Source: Octopus sinensis (lineage: Eukaryota). From it: a stretch of 64,000 bases of DNA. Below are positions 25,322 to 38,192 of the stretch, in pieces. The position numbers were made by a program, and so were the translations under genes. The stretch lies in the NCBI RefSeq assembly GCF_006345805.1, contig NC_043010.1, positions 27,280,001-27,344,000 of the forward strand, read 5' to 3'. The notes below the pieces were generated by a model, which had not been told where the DNA came from, ran no database searches, and saw nothing but the letters and a program-made list of their open reading frames with translations. Position 1 is the stretch's first letter, and each line of letters begins with the position of its first letter.

Positions 25322-26459
25322 CCTGCGTTTGCTGTTGGCAAAAGATCTGGACAAGTAGGGGACAGCACGGAAAGGGTACACAATGTTGGTCGAAATTGCA
25401 TTGGACATTGCACATTGGACAAAATCTCGTACAACAGTTTTAGGCAAACCCAGTCATCCATCGCAGGAGACGGGAGGAATAAAAACATCTTTTTATCAAT
25501 GTAAGAGTTGTCAAAGTTTGAAAAAGTTATTTCGACTAGGAAATGTGGCCGGATAAGCAAAACAAACAAAAAAAATGCGGGACCAACCCAACATATCTAA
25601 AGAAATGTTGAACGTTTATTCAAAGCTTTTCAACAGAATTAACTGAAGTGAATGCTCCTATCAATTATAACCCAAAATACAATGGATTAAAAACCTCTTC
25701 GATGAGGTGGGGTGAGACGGAAGGGTACCTGCATGGTTCAAATCCTGCATGTATCCTTCGGGTGGTTTTTATTCTACCCAGAGTGTTTTTAACCAAAAAT
25801 TAAATGCGAGATAAACTGTGAGGTTGATTCAGTTACTATTACTCGAAGCCTGTATATTGATATTGGAAATACGTAAATGATTTCAAAAGATTCGGTTTTC
25901 AAAGAATACCGGAAAAAATTCAACTACATCACAATAAAAACACTGTATCTAAATAGCATTACATACAAAGAACCATTGCATAAGACTTGTTCTAATCTAA
26001 ATCAGTTAAGTTTTGAAGAAACATATTTCTCAATATTCGGCAACTGGGCAACACCGTGTGTTTTTGTGTGTTTGTATGTGCGTGTGTGCGTGTGTGTGTG
26101 GGGGGGGGGACAAGTGAGAGAGAGAGAGAGAGAGAGAGAATGAGAGTGAATTTTATGTGCACACATTAATATGCGTATAAATTTACATACATATATATAC
26201 ACATATATGCAGGCACTTACTTGCACATACACATTTTCCCAGACGTAACTACACAGGCACGCACGTACAGAGACATAATCACACATACATACATGCCACA
26301 CACAGACATGTGTGTTCATCAGTTTTGCTTACAATGTTGACCCAATAAGCAAACAGCTACTTAATGAAACACAATCTAACATTGTTTACAGCAAAAAGAA
26401 AGAATCATTTTCAAATCATATGACATGTCTCCTGCTATGATATTGCCAGACGCAATATT

Positions 26460-26672
26460 AATTCCAAATTTTGGCACGAGGCCAGCAATTTTGGAGGAGT
26501 GGGTGAGTCGATCACACCGACCCTCTGTGCTCAGCTGGCACTTATTTTATCGACCTCGAAAAGATAATCGGCAAAGCCGACCTTGACTGGAATTGAACTC
26601 AGAACGTAAAGACGGGTGAAAAGCCACAGAGCATTTTGCCCGGTGTGCTAATGATTCTGCCAGCTTGCTGCC
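26460..26672 (-). mobile_element. SINE family B
   Basis: Matches the consensus. Confidence 0.78.
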
Positions 26673-26798
26673 TGAGACGATATACGCAATACCAAAAATT
26701 ACCATATAAGCCTTTAGTTCCACACTCTGAAACATTCCTAAAAATGCTTCTGAAGGCTATTTACCAACATCGAATAACCGAATACATTCATAGGCATT

Positions 26799-27200
26799 GG
26801 AGTGGCTGTGTGGTAAGTAGCTTGCTTACCAACCACATGGTTCCGGGTTCAGTCTTACTGCGTGGCACCTTGGGCAAGTGTCTTCTACTGTAACCTCGGG
26901 CCGACCAATGTCTTGTGAGTGGATATGGTAAACGGAAACTGAAAGGAGCCCGTCGTATATATGTATGTATATATGTGTGTGTGTATGTGTGTGTGTGTGT
27001 GTTTGTCCCCCCAACATCGCGGGCAACAGATGCTGGTGTGTTTACGTCCCCGTAACTTAGCGGTTCAACAAAAGAGACGGCTAGAACAGTATAGTATTAG
27101 GCTTACAAAGAATAAGTCCTGGGGTCGATTTGCTCGACTAAAGGCGGTGCTCCTGTATGGCCGCAGTCAAATGACTGAAACAGGTAAAAGAGTAAAAGAG
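26799..27200 (+). mobile_element. SINE family A, full length
   Basis: Matches the consensus. Confidence 0.88.
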
Positions 27201-27784
27201 ATATGTGTGTGTGTGCTTGTGAGTGTGTGTAAAATGTAGTATTTATAGGTTATAAGTAAAGAGCTTGTTGTAAACAGTAGCAAATATTATTGCTACTCAA
27301 CCTAAGGTCAGGCTTGTTTGAGTAGGTTTATGCTTAAAAAGCTGCCAGCATTCCCTCATGTCGTATATGGAAGAACCAAAGTGTTTGTTTTTCGTCATAT
27401 GACGGGTAATTTTCGAAGTATGCTTTTCAACCATGGGTAATGTCAGAAAATAAGGCATGCACACGATAATTATAATCTGTTTCATCAAATTTCTTGGAAA
27501 TCATAAAAAATGATGAAATGAATACTAAATTTTCCAACAAAAACTATTTACTGCCTTAAAATAAAATTAAATCTAACAAGTTTCCCGTTTGTATGTTTGC
27601 AGAAAACGTTTTTGTTTAATTTTATCAACATCATCGCAGTCTATTTCACTGAAAAATATTGTTTTCTTTTTTTTACTCATTTCAATCATTAGACTGCGGC
27701 CATGCTGGGGCATCGCCTTGAAAAATGTTTATCTGAATGAATCAACCCCAATACGCGCTCTTAACCGCTACGTCATCTGCCCAT

Positions 27785-28056
27785 GGGCATATGGCGTTGT
27801 GGTTCAGAGCGCGGGCTGCTAACTCCAAGATTCCGTGTTCGATTCCAAGCAGTGACCTGAACATTAATAATGATAATAATAATAATAACATCGAAAAATA
27901 CCTTAGGAATGAGAACCAGGATCAAAATTTCCCCAAGACACCTGATGAAAGCTGGAGGGTGTATCAGCCAAAACGTTGTGTTAACAACAGACAAGATGAG
28001 GACAAATATCCGTCTAATGTAAATAATGTAAATAATCTACATAATTCCTCATCTCT
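27785..28056 (+). mobile_element. tRNA-headed, hammerhead-bearing short retroelement (copy 2), preceded by a 29 bp inverted copy of its head (27754-27782)
   Basis: GGGCATATGGCGTTGTGGTTCAGAGCGCGGGCTGCTAACTCC...GTTCGATTCC head, (AAT)n, hammerhead motif, AATGTAAATAAT tail. Confidence 0.82.
27937..27982 (+). ncRNA. Minimal type I hammerhead motif (G12A and stem II substitution)
   Basis: GACAC-CUGAUGA-A-aGCUG..CAGCC-aAAAC-GUU-GUGUU; its lesions differ from those of 7800-7845. Confidence 0.6.
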
Positions 28057-28473
28057 TATTGCTATTATTTCTTAAACCAGGTACTTATTTTATCGGTATC
28101 TTTTGCCGAACCACTAAGTTATAGGAATGTGAACACACCGACACAGGTTGTCAAACGGTAGTTGGAAATAAACTGACACAAATACATACACACACACGTC
28201 GAGCTTCTTTCAATTTCCGTCTACCGAACCCACTCACAGGCTTTTGGTCAGCTTAAGGTTATGGCAGGAGACATTTACCCAATTTATCATGCAATGGGAC
28301 TGAACACGGAAGTTTCTTACCACAAACCGCCCCTGTGCCTATAATGCGTCTATTTCTTCAAAATTTCATCTAAAAATTGTGAATTTTTCAGGAAGTTATT
28401 GCCTGACACCAAGTCGCGTATATGCGTCTATCGTACACCTCTTATGTTAGCCCACTCTGTATATAATTTTTTG

Positions 28474-28506
<33 letters not shown>

Positions 28507-28939
28507 TCTCTTTCTCCCTCTTCTTCTCCTGTCTCTATATGACATAAAGCGTGACTGGAGATATCAACCAGCCAACCTACCAACATATATTACATCGGCT
28601 TTTGTTATACAGAGATAAACATTTTTGATGTCCTGCACTTGCAGGCCTATCACCCAGTGCTTTGACCATTCTATCGTTTAGCATACAAATCAATACCTTA
28701 TCCAGTTTGGTCATCCTGTAGACAGATATAAAGGGTCAAACGCAGTAATTATTCTGCGTTGTTTTGGGTCTATCTTTCACTTATCAAGGATTGTATTAAC
28801 AAATGTTTTCTTCCATTTTCATACAGTGGGTTGTGATCTCAGTAAGATTTGTTTGTTATTTCTAGCAGGTCGAAATAATGAGTTTTGAGCAGGAAAAGAA
28901 TGCAACATAATGATTTACAGCATTCTAATGATAATAATA

Positions 28940-29340
28940 ATGGTTTCAAATTTTGGCACTAGGCCAGCAATTTCTGGGGGATGGGGATAGTTGGTTACAT
29001 CGACCCCCGCCCCAGTATCCAACTGGTGCTTATTTTATCAACTCCGAAAGGATGAAAAGCAAAGTCGGCTTCGGCGGGATTTGAACTCAGAAAGTGAAGA
29101 TGGATGAAATGCCGCTCAGCATTTGTTTGTTGAAATTCTGACACAAGACCATCAGTTTTAGCGGAAGCGGGGAGGAGTGGATTTCACTGACCCCCAGTTC
29201 TTGCCCTGTTTTTCATTTTATCGATCCCAGAATGATGAAGGGCAAGGTTAACCTTTGCGAGATTTGAACTCAGAATGTAAAGAACCAAAACAAATGTCGC
29301 AAGACTTGCATTTTTTCTGACGAATCTGCCACTCCACCAC
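28940..29340 (-). mobile_element. Two tandem family B SINEs
   Basis: Two GATTTGAACTCAGAA heads with Nin-like modules. Confidence 0.75.
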
Positions 29341-29544
29341 CATATTATGCACCCCCACCACCCATGTACTTATTAGCCCTATTCATCTATACGAGATGTT
29401 ATCTAAAGACGAATACCGTTGTTTCCTGGCTTGCTACAGTTTATCCATGTTAAGTAATATATACAAAATGCTATTTTGAACTAATACTGCTTCCTTCATA
29501 TATATATATAGGCAGAATTCACAAAAAAAACAACAACAAAAGAT

Positions 29545-29700
29545 GAAGACAGATGGTGTAGACAACAAACAGATGTATTAGTATAACGCTCGGGAAGTGA
29601 AAAAGTCTTTAACGTTTCGAGCCTACGCTCTTCCACAGAAAGCAACACAGAAGGAAGAGAGAAAATAACGACTGTGTAGTGGTTAGCGATATATATCGCC
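29545..29700 (-). mobile_element. Hammerhead family 2 repeat, with CUGUGGA motif at 29607-29642
   Basis: Nearly identical to 5768-5935; GCUUU-CUGUGGA-A-GAGC(GUAG)GCUC-GAAAC-GUU-AAAG. Confidence 0.68.
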
Positions 29701-29789
29701 ACAGAGTAGTAAAGTACCAACTGAAATTCAGCTAGTTTGATTTAAATGATTTAGATAAAGAACAAAAAAGCATGAAGGAGACAATATGT

Positions 29790-30060
29790 GAACGTCAATG
29801 TTTTCGGTAGAAACCAGAAACAAAAGCGGAGCTGATTATAGCTACACAAGACCAATGCTTAAACATTTTGCCCAAAAAATCTACAGCGAGAAAAATGCTA
29901 GGATCAAGAGCAGGTGGATGTAATTGGTGCAATGAGACAGCTGACTACATCATCTCCTGCAGCCCAGTCCTTGCAAGGTTAATGTATGCTTAGAGGAACG
30001 ACCGGTGCAACTATATGGTAAAACTTCGACAATGAGTAGGGAAGCATAAAAAAAATTGTA
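29790..30060 (+). mobile_element. Highly decayed R4-like zinc-knuckle fragment
   Basis: CNWCNETADYIISCSPVLA..Y.*RND resembles the CxxC..ETxxHIxSxCxxL..Y..RHD motif. Confidence 0.38.
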
Positions 30061-30709
30061 CCTAACACGACCAACACGACTTTCAAGTGCACTTCATGTT
30101 TGAAGCTCCGATAAGACTATAGAATGATATACAAGCATTCAACTGTGAGTGCGTTGCATCTTACAACAGGAACAACATTCTTTTCTACTCTAGTCACAAG
30201 GCCTGAAATTTTGAGGCCGGGCGCCAGTCGATTAGATCGACTCCAGTACGCAACTGATACTTCATTTATCGCCCCCCCCCCCCGGAGGAAAGGCAAAAGC
30301 GACCTCGGCGGAATTTAAACTCAGCAGGAACAACATTAAGCTAATGAAGTTCACGGAATAATTTTTTTTCTTCATATAAATTTCTTATTATAGCTCTATA
30401 CTTAATTATAGCTCTAACCGATCCTTTGTTCTGAAGCATATGTCTACTGAGTTCAAACACCAAGTTATAAGTGTCACCATACCTAAGTGAAATAATCACA
30501 TACACACAGCCATACATGAAGACATCATCATCGCTTGCAAAAATATTGTCCGAAAAGGATGTGTTGGGTTATTTTATTGAGTGGTTATTGCTTCGGACAT
30601 GTCTGTATATCTAACAGGAGAAAGTGGCTTTGACGATTAAGAGGAGGCAGTCACATGGCGATATTTGATAAAAAATTAAAATGGTTTTAATTTTTTAGGC
30701 TATTTCATC

Positions 30710-30848
30710 ACCGCCGAGGTCGACTTTGCCTTTCATCCTTTCAGAGTCGATAAAATAAGTACCAGCTGAGTACGGAGGTCGAGGTAATCGACCAGTACCC
30801 CCACCCAACAAATTTCAGGCCTTGTGCCTATAGTAGAAAGGATTATTA

Positions 30849-30902
<54 letters not shown>

Positions 30903-31114
30903 GGCGGTGAACTGGCTGAATCGTTAGCATGCCGGGCGAAATGCTTAGTGGTATTTCGTCTGCTGCTACGCTCTGAGTTCAAATTCCGCTGAGGTCGACT
31001 TTGCTTTTCATCCTTTTGGGGTCGATAAATTAAGAACCAGTTTCGTACCGGGGTCGATCTAATCGACTGGACCCCTCCTCACAAATTTGAGGCCTTGTAC
31101 TTCCAGTAGAAAGG

Positions 31115-31170
<56 letters not shown>

Positions 31171-31580
31171 AAGCTGGCAGAATCGTTAGCATGCCAAGCA
31201 AAATGCTTAGCAACATTTCATCCGTCTTTACATTCTGAGTTCAAATTCCACCGAGGTCGATTTTGCCTTTCGTCCTTTTGGGGTCGATAAATTAAGTACC
31301 AGTTTCGTACTGAGGTTGATGTAATCGACTGTCCCCTTCCCCAAAAATTACAGGCATTGTACCCAGAGTGGAAAGAATTATTATTATTAACGTTCAAGGC
31401 ACATGAGCTGGCAGAATGGTTAGCACGCTGGGCATAATATCTAGTGGTATTTCGTTCGCTTTTACGTTTAGAGTTCAAATTACGCCGGGGTCGATAAAAT
31501 AAGTGTCAGTTAAACATTGGGGCCGATGTAATCGACTTACCCCCTTACCTGAACTTTCTGGCCTTGTGCCAAACTTTGAA
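30710..31580 (+). mobile_element. Head-to-tail chain of four family B SINEs separated by (TTA)n tails
   Basis: Copies at about 30710-30845, 30901-31115, 31170-31380 and 31395-31580. Confidence 0.85.
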
Positions 31581-31603
31581 ACTTGTACTGTTATTATTGA
31601 GGT

Positions 31604-31889
31604 GGTGGCGGGGACAAATTTCCCTGACATTTTTAAGGGGTTTGGAATTGGTTTGGTATTGATCAGTTTGTGACCTATAAGGGTACCCGGCGTGTGCGTT
31701 GGCGCTAACAAACAGAAAGTATCTTGCGAAGAATTGTAATTATTTGTATATGTAGTGTAAATTGTAATTATTTGTATGGGATAATGTGTAACATTGCGTT
31801 TTCCTAGCATGGGTTCGTCGACCTCGAGAACGAAAATAAACAGGTTGTGGGCCATGAAAGTAAAAATAACCCTTTCTGCTTTAGCCACA
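31604..31889 (+). mobile_element. Possible solo LTR
   Basis: (G)GTGGC...GCCACA termini, TATA-like CCTATAAG, AATAAA; no convincing TSD. Confidence 0.33.
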
Positions 31890-31894
31890 TGGAC

Positions 31895-32585
31895 TAAAAC
31901 TTTTGGGGAAGGGGCTGGTCAATTGCAATGACATCAGTGCTCAACTGGTATTTCTTTTATCGACTCCGAAAGATTTCAAGGCAAATTTCGGTAGAATTTG
32001 AACTCAGAATGAAAGAGTCGACAGAAATGTTGCTAATCAGTTTCCCAACGCAGCAACGATTCCGCCAGCTGAACCAATAATTATTCTTTTCTACTCTAGG
32101 CACAAGGCCCGAGATTTTGGGGGTGAGGAGAGCCAGTCGATTAGATCGACCCCAGTACGCAACTGCACAATTTATCTACTCTGAAAGAATGAAAGGCAAA
32201 GATGACCTCGGTGGAATTTGAACTCAGAACGTAACGACAGACGAAATACCTATTTCTTTACTACCCACAAGGGGCTAAACACAGAGAGAACAAACGGATT
32301 AAGTTGATTACATCGACCCCAGTGCGTAACTGGTACTTATTTAATCTGCCAGCTCGCTGCCTTATATTTTAAAATAGTCTTTTCTACTCTAGGCACAAGG
32401 CCCGAAATTTTTGAGGAGGTGGGGCAGTCGATTAGATCGCCTCCAGTACGCAGCTGGTACTTAATTTATCGACCCCGAAAGGATAAAAGGCAAAGTCGAC
32501 TCCGGCGGAATTCGGACTCAGAACATAAAGACAGACGAAATACTGCTAAGCATTTCGCCCGGCGTGCTAATGTTTCTGTCAGCTA
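31895..32585 (-). mobile_element. Three family B elements, including a second dimer (32085-32360)
   Basis: The dimer has the junction AAAGAAATA|GGTATTTCGTC, as at 11898-12296. Confidence 0.8.
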
Positions 32586-32699
32586 ACCTTACTGTATTGG
32601 ATGGAAACTGTGCGAAGAGTGCATGCCGTGTGTGAGGGCTTGTAGTGTTGGAGTTCCGTTAATTGAGTTGAAAGTATATTTTGGTACGATTATAGGTTA

Positions 32700-33245
32700 T
32701 GTTGATCGGATCAACAGAACAACCTGCACGTGAAATTAACGTGCAAATGACTGAGCGCTCCAGAGACACGCGTGCCCTTAATGTAGTTCTCAGGAAGATT
32801 CGGCGTAATAGAGAACGCGACAGGGCTGGCTCTTTGAATTACTAATACAACTCATTTTTGCCAGCTGGGTGGACTGGAGCAACATGAAGTGAAGTGTCTC
32901 GCTCAAGGACACAATGCGCCACCAGGATCGAACTCCTGACCCTAGCATCGGGAGCCGAATTCGCTAACCACTAAACCACGCGCTTTCACAGTTGTGCAAG
33001 TAACTGAGCGCTACACATATACGCGCACATTTAACATAGTTCTCAGGGAGATTCAGTGTGATACAGAAGGTGAAAAGGCTGGCCCCCTTCGAATTACAGA
33101 TACAACTCATTTTTGCCAGCTGTGTGTAGTGAAGCAACACGAAATAAAGCGTCTTGCTCAAGGACATAATGCCTCGTCGGGAATCGAACTCACGACCGTA
33201 CGATTGTGAATCGAATACCAGACACCACAAAGCCAAGCGCCTTCA
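32700..33245 (-). mobile_element. Two tandem family C SINEs
   Basis: ACAACTCATTTTTGCCAGCTG and GCTCAAGGACA.AATGC motifs occur twice, with tRNA-like heads. Confidence 0.8.
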
Positions 33246-33654
33246 TAACACCTATTACACAGCTGCAAACCATTAACCCTACCCAAAATAATAATAACAT
33301 GACGCATACCTTAAACTAAATAAAACCCCGATGCTAAAATACACGATACTGATCACGCCGCAGATTCGAAACCCGAACCGCACTGATACTACTCCTATTG
33401 CACATGGTTAACGATATTTGTAGCGCAACAGCAGGAAACAAGTCCTCCACTCTCAAAAGCCCTCCATAACAATGAGAAAAAGGAAATGATATATGGATAC
33501 ACAGTTTTATGAAAAACAAAAAGCGAAGGAAAACAGAACATGCTGCACACACGCGTTAAGCAGTTCTGATATGCAGCGATTGAAGCTGGGGAAACTCGCA
33601 GAAAAGTATCGAAAAAAAAAAAATATATATATATACAAGTAAAAAAAAACAAAT

Positions 33655-33870
33655 AATGGCTTTAAATTTTGGCACAAGGCCAGCAATTTCGGGAAAAGTG
33701 GTAAATCGATTACATCGACCCCAGTGTTTGACTGGTAGTTATTTTATTAACTCTGAAAGGTTTAAAGGCAAAGTCAACGTGAGCGGTATTTGAACTCAGA
33801 ACGTAAAGACGGGCGAAATGCTGCTATGCATTACATCCGGCGTGCCAACGATTCTTTCAGTTCGCTGCTT
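33655..33870 (-). mobile_element. SINE family B
   Basis: Matches the consensus. Confidence 0.8.
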
Positions 33871-34730
33871 CACAAGAACAATAACATTTACAACGATGAT
33901 AATAGTTTAATAACAATTAATCGGAAATATTGTTAAAATAATAGTTTTTGGGTTTTTTTTTTTTAAATAAAAAGTAAGAAAAAGAAAACATTTGCCATCC
34001 CTCGAAAGAAACCCTGTGTATCATTTTACATAAAATAACAGACGACCCATTTTCTTTCTTTCTCTCTCTTTTAAAAATTTTATTGTTTTATTTAATTTTT
34101 TTGGAGGGGATTTTTAAAGGATGAGAAGCAGACGAGAGGGGTTGGGGTTGCCAAAGTTAAAAAGTAATCAGACAAAATGCAAAGTATACATTAATATGTA
34201 AATTTAAATTGAAATTCAACACAAATGCAAGATGTAAATTAAGAAATGAATTTATATGAATTATTAAAACTGAACGCTCAAAACGAAAAACGAAGAAAAA
34301 AAATTGCATTCATCAATTAGTTTAATTAGTAAATAAAAGAAGCAGTTAATGAAATTCTAGTATGGATATATGAATATGTATATATATATATATATTTATT
34401 TTTTAGTACTTACCAACGATATTTAGTATTGACAGTCGTTAGTACATATCCACACTCACAGACACTCCCTCACTCTCTATCTTCTCTGATGGTGTCTGTC
34501 CGTCTGTCTGTCTGTCCGTGAAGCGCTTTGCTGAAGAGGAGAGAAGTGAGAGGAGGAAGAATAGTTGAGACAGACACCGGAGAGGGGGTAGAGAGTTAGA
34601 CGAAGTGGGAGATGTTAAGGAACGGAGGGGGGGAGCAGGAGGAGGTAAGAGAAAGGAAAGAGGCAAATAATACCAACAGGTACAACTCCGTGTGTATGTG
34701 TGTGTGTATATATATGCGTATGATTGTAGT

Positions 34731-34770
<40 letters not shown>

Positions 34771-34777
34771 TGTGTGT

Positions 34778-34820
<43 letters not shown>

Positions 34821-34939
34821 TCGTGTAAATATTGCGTGTGCGTTTAGACAGACAGACAGACAGTCAAATAGATAGATAGATAAATAGTTGGAGGGAGCAG
34901 CAAGCAAGACTAGTTCTGCTTATTAAAGTCTGTTTTAAG

Positions 34940-35218
34940 TGTTTCTGTATGGATATGTATTGTGTGCAAGTATAAATATATATGTATGTAAGTATGTATG
35001 TACGTATGTATGTATGTATGTATGTATGAATGTATGTATGAATGTATGTATGTATGTATGTATGAATGTATGTATGTATGTATGTATGTATGTATGTATG
35101 TATGTATGTATGTATGTATGTATGTATGTATGTATGTATGTATGTATGTATGTATGTATGTATGTATGTATGTATGTTTGTATGTATCTATTTATATATG
35201 TATATATATATATATATG

Positions 35219-35264
<46 letters not shown>

Positions 35265-35629
35265 TATGATTGTAGTTATATATATGTGTGTGTGTACATC
35301 TATATATATATATATGTATTTACTACTACTACTGCTACTACTACTACTACTACCAAACCGTCTGCTCGTGTTGTAGATGTTGTTATTGTCGTTCTTACTC
35401 TACTCTCACTGTTGTTGTTGTTATTATTATTACAGCTGTTGTTGTTGTTGTTGTTGTTGCTGTTGTCTCTTTTAATAAAGCAGTTTTGTCTTTGTGTTGT
35501 GTTTGTTAGTTTTGTTGTTTTTTTTTGTTTCTTTTCAGACCAACTTATTCAAATGTTTTCTGTGAATTTTCCTTCATTCTTTCCGTTTTGCCGCCGTCGC
35601 CGCCGTCGTGGTTGTTTGCTCTTGTTCTT

Positions 35630-35667
<38 letters not shown>

Positions 35668-36186
35668 TAGTAATAGTAGTAGTAATTGCCGTTGCTTTTG
35701 TTGTTGTTACCGGTGATGTTCCTGCTCTTATAATAACTGGCGTTGTTGTTGTTGCTGCGGCTGTTGTCGCTGTAGTAGTAGTAGTAGTAGTTTTGTTGTT
35801 GTTGTTCTTCTTCTTGTTGCTGTTGCGGTCACTGTAAAATATTCTAACAACTATTATTGTTCTTGTTCTCGTTGCTGCTGCTGCTTACAGCAGTTGCTGT
35901 TGCTGTTGCTGCTAGTGATGATGCTGATGGTTGTGGCTGCCTCCCTCACTTGCAGTTGCTGATGTTGTTGCTGTCGTTACTGTTGTATGAATATTGGTTG
36001 CTCTTGCTGCTGCTGCTGCTGCTGCTGCTGCTACTATTGTTGTCGTTCTAGTAGTAGTAGTAGTAGTCGTTGTTGTTGTCACGACTGTTGTTGTTGTTCT
36101 AGTTGTTGCCGGTGATTTTTTCCTGCTCCTAACTATTGTAACTGCCGTTGTTATTGTTATTGTAGTAGTAGCAGCAGTATTATTAC

Positions 36187-36229
<43 letters not shown>

Positions 36230-36232
36230 GTT

Positions 36233-36322
<90 letters not shown>

Positions 36323-37170
36323 ATTATTATTATTAGTTGTAGTAGTAGTAGCAATAGTAGTTTTGCTACTGTTTTGATGTCACTGTTGATGTGGAAGTTT
36401 TGCTGCCGTTGTTGTTTTGTGTTGTTATGTTTCCCTCTGGTTTTGTTATGACCGCAGAGTTGTGAGTTACCGCTGTTGTTTGCTGTCGCTGTTGTTACTG
36501 TTATTGTTATTGCTTAGAAGACCTGCACCGGGGGGCACATCAGCCTTGATCGAGCAGACCTATGATCAAAGTTATTCCAGGCGTGACCATCGCGTCTTTT
36601 TTTTTTTCTCTTGCCAAGTGCAGGAAAAAAAAAAACAGGACAAGTTCAATCTAAAAGCAGAAATATTTCTGTAAGACACTTGACTGTCACTTTTAGCAGA
36701 TCGAGCTTCAAGTAGCCGCTCCTTCACTGTCTCGCTGTTGTTGTTGTCGAATCTGTTGTTTTGCAATAGTCGAGTGTTGTGCTGTTGTGAGTGATGTTTG
36801 TAAATTCTGAAGGAGCTACTGTTGTTTTTATATTGCTAAATGGAGTTGCTGCTGCTGCTGCTGCTGTTGCCGTTGTTGCTACTGTTGCTGCTGCTGCTGC
36901 TGCTAGCAGCGCCATCACTAGCAGCAGCAGATGATGATGATGATTGATGATGATGATGGCGATGATGATGATAATGCTGACGACAATGACAACAATGATA
37001 ACAATGATGATGATGATGTTGATGATGATTATAATGATAATAAACAATAACGAGAATGGTGATGACGACGATGGTGATAATGATGATAATGATGATGATA
37101 GTGATGATGGTGCTGCTGATGATGATGATGACGATGATGATGATGGGGATTATGAAAGTGATAGTGTTTT
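34940..37170. repeat. Compound (TATG)n then trinucleotide (GTT/GCT/GTA/TTA/GAT) low-complexity block
   Basis: Direct reading. Confidence 0.92.
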
Positions 37171-37184
37171 TGCTGTCTAATGTT

Positions 37185-37385
37185 TTTTTCCCCGGGTCAA
37201 CATAGATCGAGCAGATAGATCTATGATCAAAGACGTTCCAGTCATGACCATAACGCATAAATGTATATCTAGGTGTATATTTCTGCAATGTATCCTTCTT
37301 TTTCTAAAGACCGTTGAATATGATTTGAGAGTTTTAGCTGCATTTTCTAGCATGCCGAGAGACCATGCTGAGGCGGTACCCCACG
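37185..37385 (+). mobile_element. Unclassified interspersed repeat (family D); a fragment also at 36530-36600
   Basis: GATCGAGCAGA..CTATGATCAAAG...TGACCAT shared by both loci. Confidence 0.55.
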
Positions 37386-37665
37386 CACACCACCACACAC
37401 ACATCTCTTCTTGTCCTTGCAGTTGTTGTCTTGTGTCTATACATTACATCCAACCTTAATCTCGGCGTTGTGAGTTCGGATACACAACGGGGCCAGTGTG
37501 AACGCACAAACCTCCTTGGATATATTCTCTTTCATGCGTTTCAGCAATGCGGATGCGGTCATGCTAGAGCACTACCATATATATATATAATATATATATT
37601 ATATATTGTCAATAAAGTTCGGTGTGTGGTAAAGTAAATTTTTTTGCTGAACCCTACTTATATAT

Positions 37666-37701
<36 letters not shown>

Positions 37702-37812
37702 CATACATATATATAGTTGTTAAAGAGGACAGCACTTACCTGGCGTACCTATTCGTTAGATTACCTATGAAATAAACCCCTTACTTTGTATGAGCACACC
37801 ACACACACACAC

Positions 37813-37843
<31 letters not shown>

Positions 37844-38114
37844 ATATATATATATCTATATATATATATATATATACTAAAAGTAAATAAATGGCACAAC
37901 GAAGTACCGATATTTACTTTTATGTATAATTTTACCCTCACGGGCTATCCTTTACTGGAAAGCAATACTCTCGTAATGCATTGCTATTTTCATATATATA
38001 TATATATACAAACACACACACACACATACTCACACACACATATATACATATATACATATATATATAATATATATATATATATATCTATATATATATATAT
38101 ATATTAATATATAA

Positions 38115-38152
<38 letters not shown>

Positions 38153-38192
38153 CATACGTATATATATATATATATGTATATATATAATATAT

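Larger units (their letters stand above)
27672..28340 (-). mobile_element. SINE family A split by insertion of the tRNA-hammerhead element
   Basis: 3' part 27672-27753 and 5' part about 28057-28340 are collinear with the consensus across the insertion. Confidence 0.75.

Noticed and set aside
25322-25560. Cys-rich frame ending at a CAG|GTAAGG donor on the minus strand
   Set aside because: No usable acceptor; more likely a decayed transposase fragment.
37733-37770. ACTTACCTGGC (U1 5' end match, or a perfect minus-strand donor with a micro-exon)
   Set aside because: Only 11 nt match U1; a perfect donor is plausible by chance in 64 kb; acceptor context is weak.
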